Of a DNA stretch of 64,000 nucleotides, positions 27,841 to 41,640 are shown piece by piece. Position numbers and translations under genes: made by a program. The DNA is taken from assembly GCA_951406725.2 (NCBI GenBank), contig OX597818.1, positions 1,736,001 through 1,800,000 on the forward strand. The letters run 5' to 3'. Each line of letters begins with the position of its first letter. The first letter of the stretch is position 1. The stretch is from Octopus vulgaris. Its lineage: Eukaryota. The notes beneath the pieces are model-generated. The model worked only from the letters and a program-made list of their open reading frames with translations, did no database searches and was not told where the DNA came from.

Positions 27841-27951
27841 GTAATTTTAGGTGAGATAAAACCTGAGACGAAATATAAACTACACATCTCTTCACAGGTA
27901 TCAAATACATTCACATAAAAATGTGCGCACACACGCACGCACACGCACACA

Positions 27952-27989
<38 letters not shown>

Positions 27990-28310
27990 CATACATACAT
28001 ACATACATACATACATACATACATACATACATACATACATACATACATACATACATACATACATACATTCATACACTGCAACAATGAAAACTGTCTTGCT
28101 TATGTATGTCTAGATTGTTTAATCATTTCTTTCATACAAAAATAAAATCTATATTAAATTTATTACAGCAACTAACAGTGTTAATGTGTTGTTAGACTTA
28201 CTGAACAACTAACCTATATTTAGTTGTGTCTGGGGAGAGTCATTCTCTTTTAGTACCTTATTATTTAACACACTCACCGGTAAAATTTCCACATATTTCT
28301 TTTTATTTTC

Positions 28311-28347
28311 CTAAAATTTTCGTTGCGTCTTGCAACCTTTTCAATAG
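28311..28347 (-). ncRNA. Minimal hammerhead, U3-A8 core variant
   Basis: cta TTGAAAA g gttgc-aagac-gcaac GAAA A TTT tag. Confidence 0.65.
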
Positions 28348-28518
28348 TCTTGACTCACATAAACGAACTCATATAAAGAATCTTGCAAACCAAATCCAAA
28401 AACGAAATAACCTATATTTAGTTATCTAACTTTTTTTATTCAACTTCTGTACTGTCTGTCTTTCCCTTCCCTTTTTCTCAGAATATATACTTGTGTATAT
28501 GTGTGTGTGTGTGTGTGA

Positions 28519-28568
<50 letters not shown>

Positions 28569-28944
28569 ACACACACACACATATATATAATACACAAACA
28601 CACACAGACACACACACACACACACACACACGCACGCATAAACAAGCTCATATTTTTGCGCGCTTGTGTATAAGTAGAAGTCGCACCGTAGTAGCGTTTT
28701 CATTATATTAAGGCTAATTAACTGTTGCGACAATTATGAACGTCTCATATTATCGTGTTAGCTACAACTGTTAATTAGCACTGATTTGCAATACACATAC
28801 AAACATACAAACATATATGCATTACATTATATACATACATACTTACTTACATACATATCTATATATGCGCGAGTGTATTTATAAATGTAAATATTTATGT
28901 GTATGTGTGTGTGTGCGCGCGCGCGCGCGTATAAAATATATATA

Positions 28945-29184
28945 TTCTTTTATTTGTTCCAGTCATTTGACTGCAGCCATGCTGGAACACTGCCTTTAGT
29001 CGAACAAATCGACACCAGTACTTATTCTTTCTAAGCCTAGTACTTATTCTATCGGTCACTTTTGCCGAACCACCAGGTACGAGGTCGTAAACACACCAAC
29101 ATCGGTTGTCAAGCGATGGTGGAAGACAAACACAGACGCACAAACGTATACATACATACATACATACATACATACATACATACA

Positions 29185-29260
<76 letters not shown>

Positions 29261-29415
29261 CGACGGGCTTCTCTCAATTTCGTCTACCATATCCACTTAC
29301 AAGGCTTTGGTCGGCCCGAGGCTATAGCAGGAGACACTTGCCCAAAGTATAACGCAGTGGGATTGAACACAGAATCATGTGGTTGGGAAGCAAGCAACTT
29401 ACAACACAACCACGC
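28945..29415 (-). mobile_element. SINE, second family
   Basis: Reverse complement of the 23605 family, with internal microsatellite. Confidence 0.85.
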
Positions 29416-29473
<58 letters not shown>

Positions 29474-30178
29474 GCACACACATACACACAAGTTGTTTTT
29501 ATAAGGAATAATATACATAGATACTCAATACTTGGTGAACCGTATTTGTGTTAAAGCTGTAATTTAAGTTGTATTAACACGGTGGGTCATTCGGCAGCAT
29601 GGTGTATTGTGTGTATATAAGTATAAGTGTGTATGAGTGTGTATACATTGATATGCGCGCGCAAACATATACACACACCACACGCACACTTATAAATAAA
29701 TACATATAAATACATGGGGTTACATTTATTATATATTATCAATGTATATATAAATACGTGCGTATGTGTATACCTGTCTATCTAGCTTCTATTCTCCATG
29801 ACGGTTAAGGCCATGTGGAGCTCTGCCTTGTTTTATATACAGAGACACGGTATGTGAGCACGATGTTTAGAAGTTAGTAGGTATGTCAGGTGGCAAAGCA
29901 CTGTAATGTAGATTAAAGTAAATCAGAGTAATACTAGCAGCCACAGTATTCACCACCACGACTGCCATCACGGCCTTATAACGTGTTTACCTTCCAGGTT
30001 GTTTTTGTTTTTCTTTTGTGTGTGTGTGTGTATGTGTGTGAGTGTGTGTGTGTGTGTGTGAGTGTGTATGTGTGTGTAAGCTATACAATACAGTATTGGT
30101 ACTGTTGCTGTTGTCGTCACTCCTCATTGTAACTACTGAAACACTGTACACGCAGACAAATGTACACTGTACACGCAG

Positions 30179-30510
<332 letters not shown>

Positions 30511-30607
30511 AATAAAAATATATATATATATACTTATATACATATGTATGTATATATATAGCGTTAGCTCCTACACGCATTTTTTCTCTCCTTGTTTTTT
30601 CTGTGTA

Positions 30608-30645
30608 TCTTTCTGACGAAGAGCGTAGGCTCGAAACATAAAAGA
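30608..30645 (+). ncRNA. Minimal hammerhead with stem III mismatch
   Basis: tcttt CTGACGA a gagc-gtag-gctc GAAAC ATA aaaga. Confidence 0.65.
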
Positions 30646-30780
30646 CTTGTTCTATTTCTATTCCTGAGCGCCATACTAATACATTTGTTTGTACTCCACC
30701 TGCCTTCGTCTTTTGTTTATTTTCGTAAACCTTCCCGTTATATATATAAATATATACTTATATATATATATATACTATTT

Positions 30781-31177
30781 TACTCTTTTACTTGTTTCAG
30801 TCATTTGACTGCGGCCATGCTGGAGCACCGCCTTTAATCGAGCAACTCGACACCGGGACTTATTCTTTTGTAAGCCCAGTACTTATTCTATCAGTCTCTT
30901 TTGCCGAACCGCTAAGTAACGGGGACATAAACACACCAGCATCGGTTGTCAAGCAATGCTAGGGGTACAAACTCAGACACACAAACACACACACGCATAT
31001 ATATACATATATACGACAGGCTTCTTTCAGTTTCCGTCTACCAAATCCACTCACAAGGCTTTGGTCGGCCCGACGCTATAGTAGAAGGCACTTGCCCTAG
31101 GTGCCACGCAGTGGGACTTAACCCGTAACCATGTGGTTGGTAAACAAGCTACTTACCACACAGCCACTCCTGCGCCT
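30781..31177 (-). mobile_element. SINE, second family
   Basis: Close match to 42901-43286. Confidence 0.9.
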
Positions 31178-31244
31178 ACACAGACATACACACACACACA
31201 CACACATATATATATACGCACACACACACACCCACATACATACA

Positions 31245-31307
<63 letters not shown>

Positions 31308-31665
31308 TTATATATATATATTATATGTAGAAAAATACGAACTGGGACAAGAACGTAAAACATTTAGAAGACGATACAAAAAACACGGACGGGACATTCG
31401 AAGCCTTCAATCTTCAGTGAAGAACCGGATCATCCTCGCAATTTCGGCTGATTAATCTTGAGATCGTTACGAGCATTAGATTTCTTGGAAAAAGGATCGA
31501 ATGTATACTAAAATATATATACATATATATATGCTTCCTACTTTTTTGTTGTACACGTTTCATGACGTCCTCTGCCAACATATGGACACATACACACACA
31601 CACACATATATGATTGATTGATTCTAGTTTCAGCTTATGAGCTGTGGCCATGCTGGGGCACCGCC

Positions 31666-31707
<42 letters not shown>

Positions 31708-32010
31708 ATGTGTGTGTGTTATTATATATAGATATATACATACAGGCGCACACGCGCATCAATTTAGTTATTATTTCTAGCGTGAAGGGTTTTTATTGTA
31801 GTTGTTATTATTTAGCCCCAGGCCGAACGCCTTCCAAGCGTAACCAACCATTCTTGTTGCCTATTGTGTAGATCAAGACTCTTCAACTCACGAGATTCGT
31901 CACACTTGTGTGTTACATATGGCTCACGTGTGTGCCGCGTGTTGTTGAAGTAGTTACAAAATAGAAAATAGAAACTAGTTTTTATGCACTGTGTCGTAAA
32001 TGTGCATATA

Positions 32011-32516
32011 TCTATATATATAAAACTGTAGTTGTGTGAGTGTCTGTCCCCTTCGATTTAGATTCCTAACTACTCCCACATTTTGCGGTGCAGTTTAACC
32101 AAAACTGGGTATCTTATAGTCGTGATTCATATCGAGCCCTTCTGAGTATTAGCGCGCGTTTACGATGAGTCTACGATTTTAAAAATAAATCATTTTTTAT
32201 TCCATTTTAATGCATAATTTTTCGTGTGTCGATGGCGGCGGAGTTGGCGTCCATGGTCACACCTGCACCTGTTTGCTTATCCCCTTCTTCCCTCCCTCGT
32301 GAAGCTGTGGGGAAGGGAGTGTAAGAAAATCAACGTCGTAAAGCGTTGTCAAGGAGACCAGCGTTCTTTTAGAACAACCACTTCATGGCTTGAAGACACC
32401 AAAACAGAAATGGCTAAGAAAGCCCGAATTGGCATCTATAAGGGAAGTAACTCTCTAAAAATGCTTATATAGTTATTTCCCTTACAAACCCGAGCAACGC
32501 CGGGCGATACTGCTAG
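32011..32516 (+). mobile_element. Short non-autonomous Helitron
   Basis: A|TCTATATATATAAAA ... cccgagcaacgccggg-cgatactg-CTAG|T; homologous to 19373-19767. Confidence 0.9.
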
Positions 32517-33282
32517 TTTGTGATAAAGTGCAATATGTACAACTATCTCGGCTTTCAAATAACTTTGATAACTGTTTTCCGTAAAATTTACAACAATATG
32601 AAGATGCGCATAATACTCTCACGGCCGCACTGTGTCGTAGAACGAACCATGACAGTAGGGGTGAGTGGAAGTAAATTTGAAAGGTAGCTACTCGAGCGAC
32701 TCTTTAAAAACTTCCTTACTCGGCCTCATATGTGCGCGCGCGCGAGTGTGCGTGTGTAAATGCACACACATATATATGCCCACGTGCACATAGGTTTCCA
32801 CACAGTTTCCGTGTACAAAATGTCACTCACTTGGTGGTACTCGATTCGGGGTATTGTAGAAAACACTTGCTCAAGGCATTACGCTGTGGGGATGAACAAA
32901 TTGACGAGATTGCTTGTGCCTAAAATTAGATATCGTACTAAAGCGTTCGAACTTCCTATATTCTGCCTGTAAGCAGACTAATAGCTGCTCCAGCACATCA
33001 CCATTATGCATATGTATATGTGTGTTTGTAGCCTTTTTTGTTAAAACTGAAGCTGAGTGTTTATTTTGCGAGTCGAGTTTCCCGCCAGGGCGAACTTCAG
33101 GCGAAAGCTCTTTTTACTTGAAGATCGCAAAGGCGTGAAACTCGAGTCGCCAGATAAACACTCAACTTCAGTTTTTAAAATCAAAAACAAAACCCCATAT
33201 CCTCTACCACTTATGTTGAGCACTCCTTTCTCATTCGTCCAACATTAAGTAACGAATATGTGTGTGTGTGTGTGTGTGTACT

Positions 33283-33319
<37 letters not shown>

Positions 33320-33323
<4 letters not shown>

Positions 33324-34610
33324 CGTCCACTCGTGACCGAGGTAAACATTACTGATCCTCAGGAACATTGTGCGCTCAAGACTTTACACAGTCCTTAAAT
33401 CGCAGTCTTGGCTTCTGCCGGGGTCACTTTCCACTAACAAGTTCCCCATACAGCATCTGTCTAGGGATCTTGTTATCATTCATTCTAACAAGGTGTCCAA
33501 ATCCAACGTAACCGGTTTTGTGCACCATCGCCTCAATACTCAGGACATCGGCTTTCCTCAGGACATGTGTATCTAGAGTTTTTAAGGTCGAGCCAATATG
33601 CAGAATATGTTTCAGACATATCTGATGAAAGCGTTCAAGGACCTTTACATGATGTTTGTAAAGAGTTCATGTCTCACACGAGTAAAGGAGCGATGTCAGT
33701 GCATATGTACGGTACATAACAATTTTTATTCGCCTTGTAATGCCATGATGGGACCAGACCCGAAACTCAAGAGACCTGAAGGAATCAATTGTTCTCTGCA
33801 ACCTGAAAGATATTTCATCATCCAGTGAGTAAGAGCGGCTGAGTTGGTTGCCCGGGTAGATAAACTTGTCATTGTTCTTTCAACCAAGATAGCTTGTTCC
33901 ACATATGGGCTTCCTGGTACAGGCTGGAACATTACAACAGTTTTGACCGGGCTAATGCTGAGTCCAAATATCTTTCAAAGAGCAGAAGTATGACTCGCAA
34001 GTATTTGCTATTATCTGCTGTATGAGTAAGTAAGTCACAGTCATCTGCATAAAGGAGGTCCCGAATAAGAGACTGGAAAAAGATGGCCAGAAGACCGATA
34101 CCTGATATATATCCCAGGAGAGCTGTCCACAGCAAAGGTATGAGTAGGAGTAGCAGCAAAGTACAGAGAAAAGAGAAAATTGGGGCAAGGATGTCACCCT
34201 GCTTGACATCATTCTCTACAGGAATGGGTTCAGCCATGCCACCACCAACAGTGACCTAAACATCTATCCCATCATGAAAGGATTTGATTATTCATACAAA
34301 GTGATTATTGATACATCCAAGTTTGCCAAAAATTTTCCATACCTCTGTAGTTGCCACACTCTACTCTGGTTCCCTTTCCTTTATAGAGAGGAAGAATAAT
34401 TGCAACCTTTAAGTCCTTAAGCATTACACCATCCCTCCAGGTAACATTAAGTTCATGAAGGGATTGTGAGATGTGGTCACCACCAAATCGCAGGACCTCA
34501 GCACAAATACTATTCTTACCAGGTGCTTTACCAAGATTCACTTTACTTATTGCTGTCATTACCTCATCTATTGAAGGCGTGGAATTTAAGGAGCTAATGA
34601 CAGGTCTTTG
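33320..34610 (-). mobile_element. RTE-clade LINE fragment
   Basis: GKAPGKNSICAE, LYKGKG..ECGNYRG, VKQGDILAP, DLLYADD. Confidence 0.88.
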
Positions 34611-34960
34611 TTGCATAGTGTATGTTTGTATGTGTATATACACATACATACATACATACATACATACATACATACATACATACATACATACATACAATCG
34701 TTTTCTATGTGGAAGCTGAGATAAATAAAGCGATAAATATTAGTATGTAGAATATTGATTTAAAACGCCCTTGAATAGAAAAAAAGCTTGATTGCTTCCC
34801 TATGGCAGAGTGGCTTTAATCCAATATTCTACATGCTATTATTTAGACCTTTATGTAATATGAGTTCCACTGATTTATTTCCTATCTCTCGAAGTATGTA
34901 CTAATGTATGTATGTATGTATGTATGTATGTAGGTATGTATTGTACTATCTGAATATTGT

Positions 34961-34996
<36 letters not shown>

Positions 34997-35539
34997 ATGG
35001 ATGGATGGATGGATGGATAGATGGATAGATGGATGGATGGATGGGCGGACGGATGGATAAATGTTTTAATAATTCTGCGCGCGCGAATTATTCTATGTAG
35101 ATATTTACATAGAACTGCTGGTTTAGAGAAGAGAAACAACAGCAGACTTGATCCATTATTGGTTTTCAATGACTTGTGCTAGTAAGGGAGCAAGTAATCC
35201 CCAAACTGTAATCCTGACAGAAGCACTGTGTAGTTTGCTCTACCAATAGCTATGTGCTGCTGACGTTCAATTTAGCACCTCAACTATGGGTACCCGCCTC
35301 TCTGACCGACCTCGGCCGCAAGTCAAAATGACTGAAACAAGTAAAAAAAATAAAAAAGGAATAAGATAAATATTGGTTTCAAATTTTGCCACAAGGCCAA
35401 TAATTTCGGGAGATGGAGATCAGTCGATTACATCAACAAGGGTGCTAATGATCCTGCCAGTTCGCCGCCCTTAGGATAAATATTGGGATAGAAAAGTCGC
35501 CTTTTTTTATTCAAATGTTTTTAACACAATATTTACACG

Positions 35540-35589
<50 letters not shown>

Positions 35590-35590
<1 letters not shown>

Positions 35591-36500
35591 GTGAATAAAA
35601 TTACAACATGGTCTGGTTTTCACATTTTTTATTATGGTTTTCAAAAACATTTTTTTTACAATGTTGAAGTTTGTTAAACATTAAAAAATATTTAGTAATG
35701 TTTATAAAGTTCAATTAGCGCTTTCATACGTTCGTAGTAATCATCAGACTTCAAAATGTATTGACTGACAGTTGAGTTGAGTTATTGACAACTGGAATAA
35801 AATGACTGACTTATTCATTTTTATACCTTTTAGAAGCTGAATTTTTCAAATACGGTCTTCACCAATCAGCATGCAACTTAAACATCACGGTTTGTCGGGC
35901 GCACCGATATTACTGGCATATATTTCCGCCTTTATTTTAACCAACTAGCTTGCGGTTTACATGTAACGGTTTTATAAGTGAGCAAACTTAGTTCTTTCAA
36001 TCGTTTTTATTTCAGTCGGTGGGAGACTTCTGTAATTTGTTTATAGTCATATGTTAACAATAATTTTTAATCCACATCGTTAACTGGCTGTTATATTATT
36101 GATGTTATTTCCATTCAAAACAGGTTTGAACATTTTAATGTGACGTTTTTTTTTTATCTTTCTTCCAACCTCACTTGTGCCATGTAGTTTGCGGAAAGGA
36201 AAAATTAGAAACATTTTCTGACTACGTGTTTCTATATGTTCGCTCAATGGAATTTGGCGAACATTAGTGTTCCGGATTTGTTGTCTGTGAACTCGTGAGC
36301 GTTCAGATAATACATTCCCCGTCTCGCCAATGTTTAGTTCCTCGCAATTACGGCATTTAAAGCAGTAGATCAAATTTCTGCATTTGTGAAAATCTGTCCA
36401 CATTTTTCTTCTGCAGATATGGACTACTAAAGAAGAAAATTGATCGTGGAAACCAGACCTTATTCAATATTATTCTATACGCATTTACACAAATTCGGAA
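35590..36500 (-). mobile_element. Penelope-like element 3' part: GIY-YIG remnant plus pLTR
   Basis: [41 protein letters not shown] (36080-36403), with a hammerhead downstream on the same strand. Confidence 0.85.
35713..35751 (-). ncRNA. Minimal hammerhead in the Penelope pLTR
   Basis: agt CTGATGA ttac-tacg-aa-cgta-t GAAA GCGC TA att; palindrome AGCGCT. Confidence 0.7.
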
Positions 36501-36527
36501 ATATATATGTGTGTAGGGAGGTGTATG

Positions 36528-36591
<64 letters not shown>

Positions 36592-36592
<1 letters not shown>

Positions 36593-37778
36593 GAGGGGCG
36601 TTCAATAAGTAATGCCCCTGACCCACTTCCCATAGCAGTAGAGCAACGACACTTGGCACAGTTATTAGTCTTTTCCTACATAGGAACCACCCAGAGTTAT
36701 GCATTTCTCCCATCGTTTGATACAGCTCTGGAGACCGTTTTTGTAGAAGACCCCAACTTGGTCCTCCAACCACGACGTGACTTCAGAAATCAAGGCTGCA
36801 TCATCTGGGAAACGCTTTCCTTTGAAAATCAACTTCATGGCTGGGAAGAGGTGAAAATCAGAGGGTGCAAGGGAGGAGTTCATAGCTGTACGCCTGTGCT
36901 TCTGATCTAGCGACACGCGAGTTGTGGACCGGAGCGTTGTCCTGCAGGAGGAGGATGCCTTTGCTGATCTTTCCCCGCCTCTTGATTTTGATAGCTTCTC
37001 TTAATTTCCTCAAAAGTGAAGCATAATAGGCTCCTGTAATTGTGGTACCCTTTGCCAGGAAATTTGTCATCACTACTCCGTCCTGGTCCCAGAATGTGAG
37101 CATGACCTTGTCAGCGGAGGGCTGCACCCTTGCCTTCTTTGGAGGAGGTGAGTCACGGTGCTTTCACTGCATTGACTGGGCTTTGGTCTATGGATCATAG
37201 TGATGGACCCAGGTTTTATCCTGTGTGATCAGTCTTTTGAAAAATTTTGGCATATCTTCTTGGCACATCTCCAAATTCATCCTCGAGCACTCAACGCGTT
37301 CTTGCTTCTGGAAAGGTGTGAGCAAACTGGAAATCCATCTGGCAGACTCCTTTTGCATATGCAAATGGTCATGAATGATAGTTTCCACAGATCCGGTACT
37401 AATATTGACCTTATGAGCTATTTGGCGAATAGTTATGCGTTGACCTTCCAAAATGGCAGCCTCAACTTGACGGACAGACGTCTCATCAACGGCAGAAGGG
37501 GGCGACCAGATCTGGGAGCTGTTTCCACAGAGTTCCGACTATGTTTGAATTCACAAGGTCATATGATGGGGCATCATCACCATAAGTTACTTTCATTTCA
37601 TCAAAAGTCTCCCGTGGTGTGCGTCCTTTCAAATACAAAAACCAGATCACTGCTCGACACTCAACAGGCTCCATTTCACACTTGACTCAGTTCAAACACC
37701 TGTAAATCAGAAACCACAATTAGTTCAGAGCTGTAATTCGCAAGTGGGTCAGGGGCATTACTTATTGAACGCCCCTCG
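36592..37778 (-). mobile_element. Mariner (irritans-like), near full length, frameshifted transposase
   Basis: Perfect 37 bp TIRs cgaggggcgttcaataagtaatgcccctgacccactt with TA flanks; ITQDKTWVHHYDP, LQDNAPVH, LAPSDFHLF. Confidence 0.96.
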
Positions 37779-37884
37779 TATATATAGTTAATTCAAACAT
37801 GAAAACACAAAGAGAAAACACAACGCGAGGATGTGGAACAAGTATAGTATTATTGGACGGTCAGGAAAGAAGGAAAGAAAGCGG

Positions 37885-37919
37885 GTTTAACGTTTCGAGC
37901 GGAGCTCTTCGTCAGAAAC
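37885..37919 (-). ncRNA. Minimal hammerhead, intact core
   Basis: gttt CTGACGA a gagc-tcc-gctc GAAAC GTT aaac. Confidence 0.75.
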
Positions 37920-38014
37920 ATAGGAAAAGGAAAGATCCAAAGAAGGGAAGACCGAGGGAAAAAATCGCCAACGGTACACATGCGGTCACATTTTGAAATA
38001 TACATACATACATA

Positions 38015-38088
<74 letters not shown>

Positions 38089-38929
38089 AACGTATGTACA
38101 TGTATATTTATGTATGTATATGCAAATATATATGCATATTCATTTATAAATATATGTATGTGTATTTGTGTGTGTGTTGGTATATATATATATATATATA
38201 TATACAAAGGAGATATTAATGCTTTCAATATGTAGAGAGTATGAGTATTCGTACAACAAATGATGCATGAAATCAGAGATGAACTACTTGTACCAAGTTT
38301 CTACCGCAAGAAATGGCTGATCGTCGTCTTGTGTTGTATGGAATCATAGGTTGAAGCCTTTCATGTCCTAGAAAATTCACTTTTGAAATTAAGTGTACAG
38401 AAGTCTATTGAAGGATAGCAATAAGCGTTGTAAGGTTGTAAGGGATTACAACTGCCGAAGGGTGATTTGTAACAAACATGATATGAGTCAGAGTGCGAGA
38501 GGTGAGAAAGAGATAGAGAGAAAGAGAGCGAAGGAGAGCGAGATGTGTGCGTTTAGTTGTGTGTGAGTATGATTTTAGAAAAGGAATTAGAGTAGTTTCA
38601 TTCACGTGATTCAGAGTTCGATCAATATAAACTTTGCATTTCATTCTTCATGGGTCAATGAAATAGACCCTAGTTCTTGGGTTCTCGGTTGATTTCATAA
38701 CAATGCGTTAATGATATCTATTTCAGATAGCATTAAATTAACCAAGTATTTTGTTCTATTTAATCGATGGAAAATCAAGTTCTGGAGTTCCTAAGGTTGT
38801 CCGACCTTTTTTTCTACTTCTATTCTGCTAAGTCCTATCATACCGATCTCAAGTTATATCGGTCCATGTCCTCATCTTGGACAACAATAGTGATGTGATG
38901 AGGGACGACTAGCTGTTTATGTAATTATT

Positions 38930-39070
38930 GGTCTTCCATAAGGCCGTACCCAGACCTGTACTCAAGAGAGGACAGTCCAGTGTCGCCTCATCACATTCCT
39001 CCAACACATACTGAAGTAAGTCTTCTCAAACGAAGGTCCTTGCCTCATCAAACATTCAGAGATCAAGCAG
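38930..39070 (-). mobile_element. Possible RTE 3' end remnant
   Basis: Resembles the '.DLR..GL.E....DR..W...V.EKT' tail of RTE elements; heavily decayed. Confidence 0.3.
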
Positions 39071-40229
39071 ATCAAAGTAACTGTACTCTTTCTCTTTCAA
39101 AGACGCTGCTGTTGTTTAACCCCCGACCAACCGTGATAAAGTAGACATAAACAGCCAGAGATGATTGGAAGGAGATTTGGTTGTTATTTCTAGCGAACCG
39201 AAAAAAACTCTCTTATCGGCTCAAAATACAATTTTTTTTTCTTCCAAGGAATTTATCTTCACAAAAAAAAGTGTTGAGTTTTACTACAAGAAATTAAGGT
39301 TCGTCATGATGTTATTAAGAGCTATTAAGGGAAAAGATTTTCATTGTTATTGTATTCGTGCAAGTGGTTCTTCACTACAAGCCGACATCTAGATACGGCA
39401 GTGTCTTGTCTTGTGTATAATGTCTCTGGTAGGGACTGCTCTATTTTCTGCCAGACTCACTCGCGACTATTGACTTCCAGCTGGGTTATTTACTCAGAGT
39501 GAAGTTGTTATCAACAGCATATATGTTTTTACTTTCTCCTTTCCATTCCCACCTCCAACCTCAGACGCCACGTTAAGGATATTTTCTTATTCTTCCTTCT
39601 TCCACTAATCATCTTTTAGAATGGCATCATCTGCTAAATCCACGAGTCCTACGAACGAAAATCACACGATCAGCTGTGGCAGTTGTGTGAGGATGAAGGC
39701 AAATATTATTCAAAATATTTAGACATTTAAAATTTAGATAAAACAAATACACGCACACACATACGTATATATACACACAGTAAAAACAACCCAGTTCTAA
39801 ACAGGTAAAAAGTCATCACATGTATCAGAGCATCCGCTCCTGGTTTTTAGAACCTTGCACCCATTCAAAGTGCCAGTCTTTGTTGTTGGTAGAGGCAAGA
39901 AACATTCTCCCTTCTCTGAATATGTTTGTTTCAGATGATGCTGAACATTCGATGTGGGTTTAGACCAATATTTTAATATCTGTGTATTTTTTTCACTTCT
40001 CGTCCTATCTTTACCTCTTCAACCAACCGCCATCCCCTATCTTCTGATTGTTCCTTAGATTATCGGTTTCTGGCACTGAGGACAACAATTTTTTCGGGTT
40101 ATCCTTAGATCTCCAACAGTTGATACTCGGTACCTATTTCTGAGATTTGCTGGGTTGCTGTTGTTGTTGCTGCTGCTACTGCTGATGATGATGATAAGGA
40201 GGAGGAGGAGGATGTTACCACTGCTTTCT

Positions 40230-40810
40230 CTCTCTGTTTCTCATATTTTGAAGCAGGTAACTTCAACTGGGTCTTCTACCCTGCACCACTAATCTAATGA
40301 CTTTCTTTCCTGCCCCACAACAGGGTACAGCTTTAAAAAAAGTCTATAGTCTTTTGGGGTAGGAAATTGATCAAAACTTGTATGTCTGTCTAAATGTTAC
40401 CCCACTAAATGTTATTGTGCCATCTTTCCTGTCAACAACTGACCGAAGAGTCTCACAAAGATGACGACAAGCCAAGGTTCCACATGACCATCTATGTCCT
40501 TAACTGTGACCTTTGTAGTTCATTTCCCCATATATTGACGTTGTAGCCGTTAAGTAGATGAGAGATGTACTCATTTTGCTTGTTACCTTCGTCTTCGATC
40601 GTAAACACTTATAGTGGAGACATATCTTAGATCTGCCATGATTTATTCAGACTTTTTTTTTGTGACAGAAAAACGTTATGTAATTTCCCCCTCTTTATCC
40701 GTTCTTCAATATATTCTGAATAGGAGGCACTATCCCTTCCATTATACTTCTTCCATATACTTTTCTTTTCTGATCAGTCTATATCGGATTTCTTCCTCTG
40801 ATTAGCTATG
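40230..40810 (-). mobile_element. Decayed Tx1-type ORF1 remnant
   Basis: YMGK*TTKVTVKDIDGHVE and RLVVQGRRP match YLGKRTSKITVTDIPPEID and VVVEGRKPRC of the ORF1 at 62.2-62.5 kb. Confidence 0.6.
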
Positions 40811-41232
40811 CTAGCTAAACTGCCGTTATTGCTCTTATACTTACGCTATTAGAAATATCTTTTATTCAATTCTAAATATTTGCTATGTTCACACATTTAA
40901 ATCTATTTATTTTCAGTCTTTTGATTTTATTTTTTCACTATATTATTGTTTTCAGACATTTTTCTTTGGGGGGCGTAATCCGTTCTACCTCGTCTGTTGC
41001 TAGTATCTCTTCCTACTTTCTTAGTCGAAACCATATTAGATTACTATATATAAAAAAAATTCTAATGGCATAAATGCCTAAACGTCAGGTAATGGGGCGG
41101 ACGTCTAAACGTCCCGAAGTCCTTTCTTTAGAAAACAAAACAAGAAAAACTTGCCCTTCTTCAAATAAATCGTGGTAAATTCCAACTTTTGGTGGGGTTA
41201 TATCGTAGAAAACCGTGGGGACAACAACAAAT

Positions 41233-41267
<35 letters not shown>

Positions 41268-41295
41268 TAACAATAACAACAACAACAACAAAGGA

Positions 41296-41327
<32 letters not shown>

Positions 41328-41587
41328 AATTGAAATATCCCTCATCCTGTTGCCTGAATTGGCTCGACTCGATTTCAGAAGCAAACACTACAAGACCCAA
41401 CGTATAACACATTTTATTTGTCTTAGAATTAACGACGTTTTATATTTAACAGGTTCTTTCTACATTTTAGGAAATGTTATATTACTGACATAGAATATAC
41501 ATACATACATATATACATACATACATACAAAGATATATGTATATATACAGACATACATACATACACGCACACACACATATATGTATG

Positions 41588-41640
<53 letters not shown>

